Counted from the first letter of the stretch, positions 24,078-38,196 are shown. The stretch: 64,000 nt of DNA from Ranitomeya imitator (GCF_032444005.1 NC_091284.1:838736001-838800000), one strand, 5' to 3'. Notes: a model not told the origin generated them from the sequence alone. Numbers and translations are program-made.

Positions 24078-27000
24078 TCGTCATATAGTGTCCCCTCATA
24101 CCGTCACATAGTGTACCCCCATACCATCCTCTAGTGTCCCCTCATATCGTCACATAGTGTACCCCCATACCATCCCCTAGTGTCCCCTCATATCGTCACA
24201 TAGTGTCCCCTCATACCGTCACATAGTGTACCCCCATACCATCCTCTAGTGTCCCCTCATATCGTCACATAGTGTACCCCCATACCATCCCCTAGTGTCC
24301 CCTCATATCGTCACATAGTGTCCCCTCATACCGTCACATAGTGTACCCCCATACCATCCTCTAGTGTCCCCTCATATCGTCACATAGTGTACCCCCATAC
24401 CATCATCTAGTGTCCCCTCATATCGTCACATAGTGTACCCCCATACCATCCTCTAGTGTCCCCTCATATCGTCATATAGTGTCCCCTCATACCGTCACAT
24501 AGTGTACCCCCATACCGTCATCTAGTGTCCCCTCATACCGTCACATAGTGTACCCCCATACCATCCTCTAGTGTCCCCTCATATCGTCATATAGTGTCCC
24601 CTCATACCGTCACATAGTGTACCCCCATACCGTCATATAGTGTCCCCTCATACCGTCACATAGTGTACCCCCATACCGTCATATAGTGTCCCCTCATACC
24701 GTCACATAGTGTACCCCCATACCGTCATCTAGTGTCCCCTCATACCGTCACATAGTGTACCCCCATACCATCATCTAGTGTCCCCTCATATCGTCATATA
24801 GTGTCCCCTCATACCGTCACATAGTGTACCCCCATACCGTCATATAGTGTCCCCTCCTACCGTCACATAGTGTACCCCCATACCGTCATATAGTGTCCCC
24901 TCATACCGTCACATAGTGTACCCCCATACCATCCTCTAGTGTCCCCTCATATCGTCACATAGTGTACCCCCATACCGTCATATAGTGTCCCCTCATACCG
25001 TCACATAGTGTACCCCCATACCGTCATCTAGTGTCCCCTCATACCGTCACATAGTGTACCCCCATACCATCCTCTAGTGTCCCCTCATATCGTCACATAG
25101 TGTACCCCCATACCGTCATATAGTGTCCCCTCATACCGTCACATAGTGTACCCCCATACGATCCTCTAGTGTCCCCTCATATCGTCACATAGTGTACCCC
25201 CATACCGTCACATAGTGTACCCCCATACCATCCTCTAGTGTCCCCTCATATCGTCACATAGTGTACCCTCATATCGTCACATAGTGTACCCCCATATCAT
25301 CACATAGTGTACCCCCATACCGTCACATAGTGTCCCCTCATATCATCACATAGTGTACCCCCATACCATCCTCTAGTGTCCCCTTATACCGTCATATAGT
25401 GTACCCCCATACCATCCTCTAGTGTCCCCTCATATCATCACATAGTGTACCCCCATACCGTCACATAGTGTCCCCTCATATCGTTACATAGTGTACCCCC
25501 ATACCATCATCTAGTGTCCCCTCATATCGTTACAGTGTACCCCCATACCATCATCTAGTGTCCCCTCATATCGTTACATAGTGTACCCCCATACCATCAT
25601 CTAGTGTCCCCTCATATCGTTACAGTGTACCCCCATACCATCCTCTAGTGTCCCCTCATATCGTTACATAGTGTACCCCCATACCGTCACATAGTGTCCC
25701 CTCATATCATCACATAGTGTACCCCCATACCATCATCTAGTGTCCCCTCATATCGTTACATAGTGTACCCCCATACCGTCACATAGTGTCCCCTCATATC
25801 GTTACATAGTGTACCCCCATACCATCCTCTAGTGCCCCCTCATATCGTTACATAGTGTACCCCCATACCGTCACATAGTGTCCCCTCATATCGTTACATA
25901 GTGTACCCCCAAACCATCATCTAGTGTCCCCTCATATCGTTACATAGTGTACCCCCATACCATCCTCTAGTGCCCCCTCATATCGTTACATAGTGTACCC
26001 CCATACCGTCACATAGTGTCCCCTCATATCGTTACATAGTGTACCCCCATACCATCCTCTAGTGTCCCCTCATATCATCACATAGTGTACCCCCATACCA
26101 TCCTCTAGTGTCCCCTCATATCGTTACATAGTGTACCCCCATACCGTCACATAGTGTCCCCTCATATCGTTACATAGTGTACCCCCATACCGTCATCTAG
26201 TGTCCCCTCATATCGTTACTTAGTGTACCCCCATACCATCCTCTAGTGTCCCCTCATATCTTTACATAGCGTACCCCCATACCATCATCTAGTGTCCCCT
26301 CATACCGTCACATAGTGTACCCCCATACCATCATCTAGTGTCCCCTCATATCGTCAAATAGTGTACCCCCATACCATCCTCTTGTGTCTCCTCATATCGT
26401 TACATATTGTACCCCCATACCATCATCTAGTGTCCCCTCATACCATCACATAGTGTACCCCCATACCATCATCTAGTGTCCCCTCATATCGTTACATAGT
26501 GTACCCCCATACCATCATCTAGTGTCCCCTCATACCATCACATAGTGTACCCCCATACGTCACATAGTGTCCCCTCATATCATCACATAGTGTACCCCCA
26601 TACCATCCTCTAGTGTCTCCTCATATCGTTACATAGTGTACCCCATACCATCCTCTAGTGCCCCCTCATATCGTTACATAGTGTACCCCCATACGTCACA
26701 TAGTGTCCCCTCATATCATCACATAGTGTACCCCCATACCATCATCTAGTGTCCCCTCATATCATCACATAGTGTACCCCCATACCATCCTCTAGTGTCC
26801 CCTCATATCGTTACATAGTGTACCCCCATACCATCCTCTAGTGTCCCCTCATATCGTTACATAGTGTACCCCCATACCATCATCTAGTGTCCCCTCATAT
26901 CATCACATAGTGTACCCCCATACCATCCTCTAGTGTCCCCTCATATCGTCACATAGTGCACCCCCATACCGTCATCTAGTGTCCCTTCATATCGTTACAT

Positions 27001-27893
27001 AGTGTACCCCCATACCATCATCTAGTGTCCCCTCATATCGTTACATAGTGTACCCCCATACCATCCTCTAGTGTCCCCTCATATCGTTACATAGTGTACC
27101 CCCATACCATCCTCTAGTGTCCCCTCATATCGTTACATAGTGTACCCCCATACCATCCTCTAGTGTCCCCTCATATCGTTACATAGTGCACCCCCATACC
27201 ATCCTCTAGTGTCCCCTCATATCATTACATAGTGTACCCCCATACCATCATCTAGTGTCTCCTCATATCGTCACATAGTGTACCCCCATACCATCCTCTA
27301 GTGTCCCCTCATATCGTTACATAGTGTACCCCCATACCATCCTCTAGTGTCCCCTCATATCGTTACATAGTGTACCCCCATACCATCATCTAGTGTCCCC
27401 TCATATCGTTACATAGTGCACCCCCATACCATCCTCTAGTGTCCCCTCATATCATTACATAGTGTACCCCCATACCATCATCTAGTGTCTCCTCATATCG
27501 TTACATAGTGTACCCCCATACCATCATCTAGTGTCCCCTCATATCGTTACATAGTGTACCCCCATACCATCCTCTAGTGTCCCCTCATATCGTTACATAG
27601 TGTACCCCCATACCATCATCTAGTGTCTCCTCATATCGTTACATAGTGTACCCCCATACCATCATCTAGTGTCCCCTCATATCGTTACATAGTGTACCCC
27701 CATACCGTCATATAGTGTACCCCCATACCATCATCCAGTGTCCCCTCATACCATCACATAGTGTACCCCCATACCATCATATAGTGTCCCCTCATACCGT
27801 CACATAGTGTACCCCCATACCATCATATAGTGTCCCCTCATACCGTCACATAGTGTACCCCCATACCATCATCTAGTGTCCCCTCATATCGTA
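24078..27893. repeat. ~3.8-kb minisatellite of 23-bp monomers, largely alternating as a 46-bp dimer
   Basis: TAGTGTCCCCTCATA[TC]CGT[CT]ACA alternating with TAGTGTACCCCCATACCATC[CA]TC. Confidence 0.95.
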
Positions 27894-27949
27894 GTGCTTT
27901 GGGACATGCGGTGGGACAATCAGGCCACATTTGCCCACAACACCAATGT

Positions 27950-29265
27950 CCTTCAGCTGTACAGACGCCATCACCCATAAGATACCGACGGGAGACACTT
28001 CACCGATCAGAGAAAGATATCGACAGATACCTCCCAAGCTGTACCAGGAGATGAAGACCTTGTTGAAACAAATGGAGTAAGGAGTGGTGCAGAGTAGTCA
28101 GAGTCCATGGGCAGCCTCGGTAGTGCTTGTCAAGAAGGATGGAACCATTAGTTTTTGCGTGAACTACCAGCGGTTGAATGTGTTCCCCGCATCGAAGAGT
28201 CCTTGACAACCCTAGAGAAGGCAAAATACTTCTCCACTCTGGATCTAGATAGCGGGTACTGATAGGTACCAGTAGCAAAAAAGGCAAGGTAAAGGCAACG
28301 TTCATACTCCCCATGGGACTGTTTGAATTTAACAGAATGCCATTCGGACTTTCCATTTCCTAGGGTATGTTTTCTGTGGCTGATGGAGAAGTGCTTGAGC
28401 AACCTTAACTTTGAAGCTGCTCTGATATACCTGAATGATATCAATGTGCACTCTGCTACCCTTCAGGATTACCTGAACAGTCTCGGGCAGGTACTCGGGC
28501 AATTACAGACCCATCGCCTGAACGTAAAGCCTAAGAAGTGTCATCATCTTTTCAAGAAAGAGATTGAGTATCTGGGCCATAGGGTCTCCCCGGACAAAGT
28601 CCTGCCTTTCCAAGACAAAGTAGCTGCCATACAATAGCCAGCACCCATAACCCTGCAGGAGTTGAAAGCTTTCCTTGGAATGGCAGGGTACTATCATCGG
28701 TTCATCAAAGACTGCGCAAAAACAGCGGGCCCTCTGAATGAGCTGCTAAGAGGGACAGCTGGGGTACTCAAGAGTCAAAGAATACACTGGGAACAGAAGC
28801 AGGAGGAGACCTTTCAGACCCCGAAAGAAGCCTTGACATCGGCCCCCATCCTGGCATATGCAGATTTTGATAGGCTATTCCTCATACACATGATGGCAGT
28901 CTCTATGGACCCGGGGCAGACTTTTTGCAGATTCGGGAAGGGCATCACCTATGCCAGTAGGTCCCTACAGAATGCGTAGCGCAACCCTAACAACTACAGC
29001 GCTTCTGGCTGGAACTCATTGCCTTGGTGTTGGCCATTATGGAGAAGTTTGGGGAATTCCTGACAGGGGCCAAGATCCTTGTGCTGACTGACAACAATCC
29101 GCTTACCCATCAGGACACTGTTAAGCTGGGGGCCCTGGAACAGTGTTGGGTAGTTTGCCTTGCAAAATTTGACTCGATCTGCTATCGCCCTGCCACGGAG
29201 TACACCAATACTGATGGCCTGTCAAGGCTAATCTGTGGAAGTCTAGAAAAAGGACCTCAATGAAC
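27950..29265 (+). mobile_element. Decayed Ty3/Gypsy pol fragment (RT then RNase H)
   Basis: [32 protein letters not shown] (YLDD), EYLGHRVS, FLGMAGYY, YASRSL, LTDNNPL across frameshifts. Confidence 0.85.
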
Positions 29266-29559
29266 ACCTGGAACAAGAGGAAACTCTGGACTTCTGCAAA
29301 TTCACACCCCCGGCAGAAGTGGCACAGTGAAGTGGGGAGGCCCGCTCTCTAAGTACAAGATGAAGATGCAGGATTGCAGTAAGTGGAAGGCTGGATAACC
29401 CAACAAAAAATACCTGACAAGGAAGAAAATGCAGACCTAGATACTAAGATGAAGCCGTGCTGCACCAGCATGATAGGTTGGAAATTCAAGGAACCGTTCC
29501 ATACCTCAAGCCGGATACGCATATGGTAATGTTGAATCTCTCTGAGTCTAATTGAACCA

Positions 29560-29640
29560 CTTAGTGTATAACTAATGAAGGTCTGACGACCAAAACTTGC
29601 CTTATGCTTTAAATAAGCTTACCAAATAGAGTGCCGGATT
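29560..29640 (+). other. Decayed hammerhead-like PLE terminal remnant
   Basis: CTAATGA-A-GGTC-tgac-GACC-AAAAC (29572-29596) followed by AAATAA and GAGTGC. Confidence 0.5.
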
Positions 29641-30247
29641 CCTGGACCTTCGACACATGAATATGTTACAGCCATCTGAAGATCCCACATCTGTCCTTAG
29701 AGAGCCTCATCTTGCCTCTTCTTCAAGGCTGGCTTTCCCTGACTGTGACTCTAGTGAAGACTGGTGGACCATTGCTGAGACTGAGGAAGGTTCCTCTCCA
29801 TGGATGATGACGTTACTGACACAGAACCATTGCCAGGTCGCAGAGAAGAGGAATCCTAGGCTATGTCCAATCTTTCTGCTGAAGTGGACAAACCTAACGT
29901 TAGTGTTCTCAGTGAAGATCGTCAAGACCTCTGGAGATCTAGCAGGCCTAATACAAGGGCTCAATCAAATAGGTATAACGCTGATCAGTTTGGTCCACCT
30001 GTATGTATTGTAGGCAACGGGCCAATGCTATGTGTAAACAGTTGCATAGAATATTTTATCCTTCTACCTGGACTATACAGCAAGGCTGAGGATGACCAGT
30101 GTGGAGACATGAGGGTCAGTGGGTGCTCTCGTCCTCTGGCCCGGTTGTCTTTAGTAAGGCGAAAAAAAAGTAAAACACTGCACTCATCCAATTCAAATTT
30201 GCTAAAGCGAAAAAGTTTATTGCAGACGTGAAAGCAAAAACAGTGAG

Positions 30248-30304
30248 GCAACAAGTTTAACGTTTCGGCCACTCAGTGGCCTTGTTCACAAATGGTGCTG
30301 TAAC
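30248..30304 (-). ncRNA. Minimal hammerhead ribozyme motif with G3:C8 variant core (left-arm copy)
   Basis: Reverse complement is identical to the 43617-43670 motif. Confidence 0.55.
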
Positions 30305-32200
30305 AAAGAGATAAAAAAAAAACAGTGTATGAACATAACATATACATAGTAATAAAAATATATATACAAGACTATTTACAAGGAAGATATAGGAACTGGA
30401 ACCCATGTCATATCATGTAGAAGGAGGAAAAAGGTTCTAATGATCCTGCAACCAATAGTAAACCCGAAGGGTATAAAGAAAGGAGGTTGGGTTTATAGAG
30501 GATAAGATCTCTACAGGCGGGGGGATCTGGTAAGAGGTTTATAAACATACCCTTAGGAACTGTTTGTGACACGTCATGTAAGAACAAGGATAAAGTAATA
30601 TGTAGTCAGGTAAGGTAGTCCGGCTGTGGCCTATATGGAATGAACACAAGAAGCTGTCGATAAAGAAGTAGATGGTGTAAGCAATCAAAATAAAATAAAA
30701 TAAAAGTGTATAGAGCCATATGAAGTCGGAATGATGTATATATATATATATATGAGAGAGTAATTACCCAAATGGCAGATAAAACTGTCTTATTATTCAA
30801 TGGTCGGAAGCTGTAGTGCAGTCCAGCGATAAATTTGAGACATCTGTCAAAAGGTCAGGTTGGCTGTAATATATATAGTATAGGGATGTATACACTATAC
30901 AAGTTCTAGGATAGACCAGTAAATCAAGTAAATCAGCAAAGTTGCTACCTGGATTGTTACGTTGGCTCCTATGTGGCCCTGCAGACTTGAGGGTTCCAGC
31001 AGAGAGAATAGGGTGAGGCAGGGAATATTAAAATTCCTTCATGCCGTGTCTGTCACCTTAGTAAGGACCTACGTGCCCATAGAGGGTATGAGCAGGGATA
31101 CAAAGCGTCATGTAATGTCTAGAGTCCGACCAGAGGTACTTATCTTAAAATCCGATTATAGTCTCACAGTCATTGGTGGTGCAATGGAGGCGCGGTCCGG
31201 GGTTGCAACGTTCGCAGCTGGAGGTACCGTGGGAAGCGCCGACACAAGCAGTGTCTAGGCGGTGAGAGCGGCGGTAACTGGACTCCAAGGTGTGGAGTTT
31301 TAAAAAGGCCACAGCCGGTCATGTGACCGGAAAGGGAAAAAACCGCCCGCAACTGCGCACTAGCCTAAGCGAGGACTAGGTGACAAGCGCCTGCGTGTGA
31401 GGCTTGTGTAGCCGGCGTCTGCGCGTTGATAGGGAAAACCGGCGCCTGCGCAGAACGTTGTCCTAGAGGGCACAGCGCAAGAGAGGTGTGCACTTGCGCA
31501 TGAGTACTATAGGGGCCGAATATGCCGGGCGCAACAGCACTCAGGAGGAGAGCCACTCTAAGTCCAAAGTGTATCTGGGGAGCCAGGGGCTAGACAAACC
31601 TATGACGATAGAGATAAAATAGGCACTGGTATAGGAGAACTAGGAAGAGAGGAGCGTCCTAGTCCTAATGAAGGACCCCGGCATGTAGTATACCCATAAA
31701 GGCATGAAGTGGTAGTATGTATCTTATGTAGTAGGTATGGTGACATACAGCTAGAGGAAAAACAAAGCAGGAGTATAATAGGATACATAGGAGTGCAATA
31801 TCCTAGTAATAGCAATGTGGGGGAGAAAATAAATTGACATTATAAATAGATATAATATGACATGACGGTAATGTAGTAGGAGTCCAAACTAACAATGATT
31901 ATTCATAAGGAACCCGAGTTGAATAGGTAGGNNNNNNNNNNNNNNNNNNNNNNNNNNNNNNNNNNNNNNNNNNNNNNNNNNNNNNNNNNNNNNNNNNNNN
32001 NNNNNNNNNNNNNNNNNNNNNNNNNNNNNNNNNNNNNNNNNNNNNNNNNNNNNNNNNNNNNNNNNNNNNNNTGAAAATAAGATAAGGGTAAATGAAGCTT
32101 AGGGGGCTCCTAAAGGGTGTGTCTCTTACCATCCCATGGAAATACGATACGAATTCTACATGTGCAGAGGGTTAGTTTGCCTAAGGGAAAGAAAATCCGG

Positions 32201-34171
32201 TTAAGATAGCCAATCTAACTCCCTATTGAGTCCTTTAGGATGAAGTGTGTCAAGCGTGTAAATCCAGAAGGATTCCCTCTGTTTAAGTAACTGGATATGA
32301 TTCCCTCCTCTCCTAGGGCGATGGACTTTTTCAATAACCTGCAAGCGTAATTGTGCTATTGTGTGGTGGGCTTCTTTAAAATGGAATGGTAATGGCAACC
32401 AGGTTTTACCACATCTAATGGTAGATTTGTGGCTTGAGATCCTATTTTTGATGGCCTGGGTGGTCTCACCCACATAGAGCAAACCGCATGGGCACTTAAT
32501 GATATATACCACAAAGTTTGAATTGCAAGTGTGGTATTCTTTGATCGAGAAGGCCTTGCCAGTGCGGGGGTGAAGAAACTCGTTACCTTTTATGACGTTT
32601 GAGCAACACATGCAGCTGAGGCAGGGAAAAGTACCAGTTCTTTTCTGGCCTGAAAGTGTCAAGAGTGATGATGTTTTAGATGTACCCAGATCAGCCCGTA
32701 CCACCTTGTCTTTTACATTCTGGGGTCGTCGCATGCTCATGAGGGGAGGATCCTTGAAAATAGGAATGTTGGGGTATGCTTTGGACAATAGTGGCCAGTG
32801 ACCACGAATCAGGTTATGTATTCTGTGCATGGTAGGGTGGTGGTTATGAACAAATGGAAGTTTAGGGTTCTTGACCATAGTAGGGGCAGTAGCTTCAGTG
32901 TTAAGGGCTTTGGAGGATTCCAAATCGAGAAGTTTGGTCGGGTAATTCCGGGCCTTAAATTTATTGGACATTTCCTGAACTCTATTGTTCCTAGTCACTG
33001 GGTCGGAGACAATTCTGGCTACCCTTTTGAATTGGGACCTAGGGAGGCTATCCCGGGTAGGTTTGGGGTGACAACTATTATAGAGTAACAGGCTGTTACA
33101 GTCAGTAGGTTTCACAAATAGGTCCGTACTCAAATTCCCAGATGCGTCTTTCATGATTTTAGTATCAAGAAAGGCAATTTCCTTGTTGTGGTGTACCAAT
33201 GTGAAAGTCAGCTCTGGTCTAACTTCGTTTATAGTTCTAAAGAACTCTTGTAGAGTGGTCTGATCACCTTTCCATATACAGAAAATGTCATCTATATACC
33301 TGTACCATGTAAGGGCATGTTGTTGAAACATAGAGTTGGGGTAAATATGTGTGCGCTCAAAGTGATCCATATACAAGTTCGCATATGCCGGGGCCACATT
33401 TGACCCCATGGCAGTACCGCATGTTTGTAAAAAGAAGTCATCTTCAAACATGAAGAAGTTCTCCCTAAGGACAAGATTCAGCAGGTCAAGGCACAGGTCT
33501 AGTAGGTTCGGATCCATATTGGCCTCACGAAGAGTCAGCGTTACTGCCTCAATACCCTTGTCGTGTTCAATGGAGGTGTACAGACTATTCACGTCTAAAG
33601 TACACAAAGTACTGTCTGGAGGAATGTTATTAATACTGCGAATTTTGTTCAGGAAGTCACCTGTGTCTAGAATGTAGGATTTGGTAGAGCGAGCATGGGG
33701 GGTGAGAATTTTTTCTAGAAAAATGGACAATAGATTCAATATTGAGTTAGTAGATGCCACTATAGGGCGACCAGGGGGATTGTGGAGATCCTTGTGGATT
33801 TTGGGTAGGATATATAGTACCGGGGTCACAGGATGGTGGTTTATGAGGTATGTTCTGGTTTTCGCATCTATAGTTTTGAGTTGTTGGTGTTTATCTAGGA
33901 CAGAGGTAATCTTCTGACATATGTTGTAGGTGGGGTCAGTTTGTAATTTCCTATATGTGGAGGGATCCGAGAGTTGGCGTCTAACTTCCGCAGTGTACTG
34001 GTTTCTATTCATAACAACTGTGGCACCCCCCTTATCCGCCGGCTTAATAATAATGTTTTTATTCCTACTCAGTGAACCCAAGGCCTGTCTCTCAGAGGTA
34101 TTCAGGTTGTGTTGAACTGGGAGAAGACCCAGGTGTTGATCATGAAGAGTACTTTTAATGTCTCTGTCCAA
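32201..34171 (-). CDS. PLE reverse transcriptase + GIY-YIG endonuclease (probably Neptune-type); N-terminal part continues frameshifted to ~34483
   Basis: GTAMGS..APAYANLYMD, WYRYIDD, Cys-rich linker CLSCMCC, VVYIIKCPCGLLYVGET; upstream frame has LKVLNMGLSFCP. Confidence 0.9.
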   Translation of the reverse strand: MDRDIKSTLHDQHLGLLPVQHNLNTSERQALGSLSRNKNIIIKPADKGGATVVMNRNQYTAEVRRQLSDPSTYRKLQTDPTYNICQKITSVLDKHQQLKTIDAKTRTYLINHHPVTPVLYILPKIHKDLHNPPGRPIVASTNSILNLLSIFLEKILTPHARSTKSYILDTGDFLNKIRSINNIPPDSTLCTLDVNSLYTSIEHDKGIEAVTLTLREANMDPNLLDLCLDLLNLVLRENFFMFEDDFFLQTCGTAMGSNVAPAYANLYMDHFERTHIYPNSMFQQHALTWYRYIDDIFCIWKGDQTTLQEFFRTINEVRPELTFTLVHHNKEIAFLDTKIMKDASGNLSTDLFVKPTDCNSLLLYNSCHPKPTRDSLPRSQFKRVARIVSDPVTRNNRVQEMSNKFKARNYPTKLLDLESSKALNTEATAPTMVKNPKLPFVHNHHPTMHRIHNLIRGHWPLLSKAYPNIPIFKDPPLMSMRRPQNVKDKVVRADLGTSKTSSLLTLSGQKRTGTFPCLSCMCCSNVIKGNEFLHPRTGKAFSIKEYHTCNSNFVVYIIKCPCGLLYVGETTQAIKNRISSHKSTIRCGKTWLPLPFHFKEAHHTIAQLRLQVIEKVHRPRRGGNHIQLLKQRESFWIYTLDTLHPKGLNRELDWLS

Positions 34172-34503
34172 GTGAAAGTTTCTGCTGCATGATATGATTT
34201 GGGTGGCATGAATGTACTGGGGTTCCTGAGTCCTAAAGAATTGATGCTGATTTTGGGTATGTCCGGGTTAGGTGCGGCATCTGTGGTGTTATCCCTACTA
34301 GGAGGGTTGGCCTCAAAATGTACCTTCAATCTTATGCTTCTATAGAAGCGTTGAAGGTCTTTTTCTAGCTGAAAAGAGTCCCACCTTGGTGTGGGACAAA
34401 AAGACAAACCCATATTGAGAACCTTCAACTCTAGGGGGGACAGAGAATAATCAGATATATTGATTACCGAGTTTGGACTCCTACCAGAATTGTCTCCGAC
34501 CCA

Positions 34504-35301
34504 GTGACTAGGAACAATAGAGTTCAGGAAATGTCCAATAAATTTAAGGCCCGGAATTACCCGACCAAACTTCTTGATTTGGAATCCTCCAAAGCCCTTA
34601 ACACTGAAGCTACTGCCCCTACTATGGTCAAGAACCCTAGACTTCCGTTTGTTCATAACCACCACCCTACCATGCACAGAATACATAACCTGATTCGTGG
34701 TCACTGGTCACTATTGTCCAAAGCATACCCCAACATTCCTATTTTCAAGGATCCTCCCCTCATTAGCATGCGACGACCCCAGAATGTAAAAGACAAGGTG
34801 GTACGGGCTGATCTGGGTACATCTAAAACATCATCACTCTTGACACTTTCAGGCCAGAAAAGAACTGGTACTTTTCCCTGCCTCAGCTGCATGTGTTGCT
34901 CAAACGTCATAAAAGGTAACGAGTTTCTTCACCCCCGCACTGGCAAGGCCTTCTCGATCAAAGAATACCACACTTGCAATTCAAACTTTGTGGTATATAT
35001 CATTAAGTGCCCATGCGGTTTGCTCTATGTGGGTGAGACCACCCAAGCCATCAAAAATAGGATCTCAAGCCACAAATCTACCATTAGATGTGGTAAAACC
35101 TGGTTGCCATTACCATTCCATTTTAAAGAAGCCCACCACACAATAGCACAATTACGCTTCCAGGTTATTGAGAAAGTCCATCGCCCTAGGAGAGGAGGGA
35201 ATCATATCCAGTTACTTAAACAGAGGGAATCCTTCTGGATTTACACGCTTGACACACTTCATCCTAAAGGACTCAATAGGGAGTTAGATTGGCTATCTTA
35301 A
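34504..35301 (+). pseudogene. Duplicated C-terminal PLE ORF fragment (thumb/linker/GIY-YIG)
   Basis: Matches the last 265 aa of the 32201-34171 ORF except 4 residues (K/R, P/S, M/I, L/F). Confidence 0.85.
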
Positions 35302-36755
35302 CCGGATTTTCTTTCCCTTAGGCAAACTAACCCTCTGCACATGTAGAATTCGTATCGTATTTCCATGGGATGGTAAGAGACACACCCTTTAGGAGCCCCC
35401 TAAGCTTCATTTACCCTTATCTTATTTTCAATTTCCNNNNNNNNNNNNNNNNNNNNNNNNNNNNNNNNNNNNNNNNNNNNNNNNNNNNNNNNNNNNNNNN
35501 NNNNNNNNNNNNNNNNNNNNNNNNNNNNNNNNNNNNNNNNNNNNNNNNNNNNNNNNNNNNNNNNNNNNNNNNNNNNNNNNNNTTCCTACCTATTCAACTC
35601 TGGTTCCTTATGAATAATCATTGTTAGTTTGGACTCCTACTACATTACCGTCATGTCATATTATATCTATTTATAATGTCAATTTATTTTCTCCCCCACA
35701 TTGCTATTACTAGGATATTGCACTCCTATGTATCCTATTATACTCCTGCTTTGTTTTTCCTCTAGCTGTATGTCACCATACCTACTACATAAGATACATA
35801 CTACCACTTCATGCCTTTATGGGTATACTACATGCCGGGGTCCTTCATTAGGACTAGGACGCTCCTCTCTTCCTAGTTCTCCTATACCAGTGCCTATTTT
35901 ATCTCTATCGTCATAGGTTTGTCTAGCCCCTGGCTCCCCAGATACACTTTGGACTTAGAGTGGCTCTCCTCCTGAGTGCTGTTGCGCCCGGCATATTCGG
36001 CCCCTATAGTACTCATGCGCAAGTGCACACCTCTCTTGCGCTGTGCCCTCTAGGACAACGTTCTGCGCAGGCGCCGGTTTTCCCTATCAACGCGCAGACG
36101 CCGGCTACACAAGCCTCACACGCAGGCGCTTGTCACCTAGTCCTCGCTTAGGCTAGTGCGCAGTTGCGGGCGGTTTTTTCCCTTTCCGGTCACATGACCG
36201 GCTGTGGCCTTTTTAAAACTCCACACCTTGGAGTCCAGTTACCGCCGCTCTCACCGCCTAGACACTGCTTGTGTCGGCGCTTCCCACGGTACCTCCAGCT
36301 GCGAACGTTGCAACCCCGGACCGCGCCTCCATTGCACCACCAATGACTGTGAGACTATAATCGGATTTTAAGATAAGTACCTCTGGTCGGACTCTAGACA
36401 TTACATGACGCTTTGTATCCCTGCTCATACCCTCTATGGGCACGTAGGTCCTTACTAAGGTGACAGACACGGCATGAAGGAATTTTAATATTCCCTGCCT
36501 CACCCTATTCTCTCTGCTGGAACCCTCAAGTCTGCAGGGCCACATAGGAGCCAACGTAACAATCCAGGTAGCAACTTTGCTGATTTACTTGATTTACTGG
36601 TCTATCCTAGAACTTGTATAGTGTATACATCCCTATACTATATATATTACAGCCAACCTGACCTTTTGACAGATGTCTCAAATTTATCGCTGGACTGCAC
36701 TACAGCTTCCGACCATTGAATAATAAGACAGTTTTATCTGCCATTTGGGTAATTA

Positions 36756-36805
<50 letters not shown>

Positions 36806-37173
36806 TACAGTGGGGCAAAAAAGTATTTAGTCAGTCAGCAATAGTGCAAGTTCCACCACTTAAAAAGATGAGAGGCGTCTGTAATTTACATCATAGGTAG
36901 ACCTCAACTATGGGAGACAAACTGAGAAAAAAAAATCCAGAAAATCACATTGTCTGTTTTTTATCATTTTTTTTGCATATAATGGTGGAAAATAAGTATT
37001 TGGTCAGAAACAAACAATCAAGATTTCTGGCTCTCACAGACCTGTAACTTCTTCTTTAAGAGTCTCCTCTTTCCTCCACTCATTACCTGTAGTAATGGCA
37101 CCTGTTTAAACTTGTTATCAGTATAAAAAGACACCTGTGCACACCCTCAAACAGTCTGACTCCAAACTCCACT

Positions 37174-38196
37174 ATGGTGAAGACCAAAGAGCTGTCAAAG
37201 GACACCAGAAACAAAATTGTAGCCCTGCACCAGGATGGGAAGACTGAATCTGCAATAGCCAACCAGCTTGGAGTGAATAAATCAACAGTGGGAGCAATAA
37301 TTAGAAAATGGAAGACATACAAGACCACTGATAATCTCCCTCGATCTGGGGCTCCACGCAAAATCCCACCCCGTGGGGTCAGAATGATCACAAGAACGGT
37401 GAGCAAAAATCCCAGAACCACGCGGGGGGACCTAGTGAGTGAACTGCAGAGAGCTGGGACCAATGTAACAAGGCCTACCATAAGTAACACACTACGCCAC
37501 CATGGACTCAGATCCTGCAGTGCCAGACGTGTCCCACTGCTTAAGCCAGTACATGTCCGGGCCCGTCTGAAGTTTGCTAGAGAGCATTTGGATGATCCAG
37601 AGGAGTTTTGGGAGAATGTCCTATGGTCTGATGAAACCAAACTGGAACGGTTTGGTAGAAACACAACTTGTCGTGTTTGGAGGAAAAAGAATACTGAGTT
37701 GCATCCATCAAACACCATACCTACTGTAAAGCATGGTGGTGGAAACATCATGCTTTGGGGCTGTTTCTCTGCAAAGGGGCCAGGATGACTGATCCGGGTA
37801 CATGAAAGAATGAATGGGGTCATGTATCGTGAGATTTTGAGTGCAAACCTCCTTCCATCAGCAAGGGCATTGAAGATGAAACGTGGCTGGGTCTTTCAAC
37901 ATGACAATGATCCAAAGCACACCGTCACGGCAACGAAGGAGTGGCTTCGTAAGAAGCATTTCAAGGTCCTGGAGTGGCCTAGCCAGTCTCCAGATCTCAA
38001 CCCTATAGAAAACCTTTGGAGGGAGTTGAAAGTCCGTGTTGCCAAGCGAAAAGCCAAAAACATCACTGCTCTAGAGGAGATCTGCATGGAGGAATGGGCC
38101 AACATACCAACAACAGTGTGTGGCAACCTTGTGAAGACTTACAGAAAACGTTTGACCTCTGTCATTGCCAACAAAGGATATATTACAAAGTATTGA
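37174..38196 (+). pseudogene. Tc1 DD34E transposase (340 codons) with a single internal TGA
   Basis: ORFs 37174-37788 and 37810-38196 are in frame; [23 protein letters not shown] with 34 residues between D and E; TGA at 37786-37788 is probably CGA. Confidence 0.9.

Larger units (their letters stand above)
30165..34483 (-). mobile_element. Penelope-like element, 5'-truncated, with long 3' region (left arm of inverted pair)
   Basis: RT + GIY-YIG ORF and ~2 kb downstream region ending in a hammerhead-like motif, AATAAA and GAGTGC. Confidence 0.9.

Noticed and set aside
24078-27893. CRISPR-like regular repeat
   Set aside because: Head-to-tail tandem units with no unique spacers, eukaryotic context and no cas genes.
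34102-34704. 200-aa minus ORF as a separate gene
   Set aside because: Chimeric: the first part is antisense of the inverted arm and the rest is the PLE N-terminal region past the junction at ~34483.
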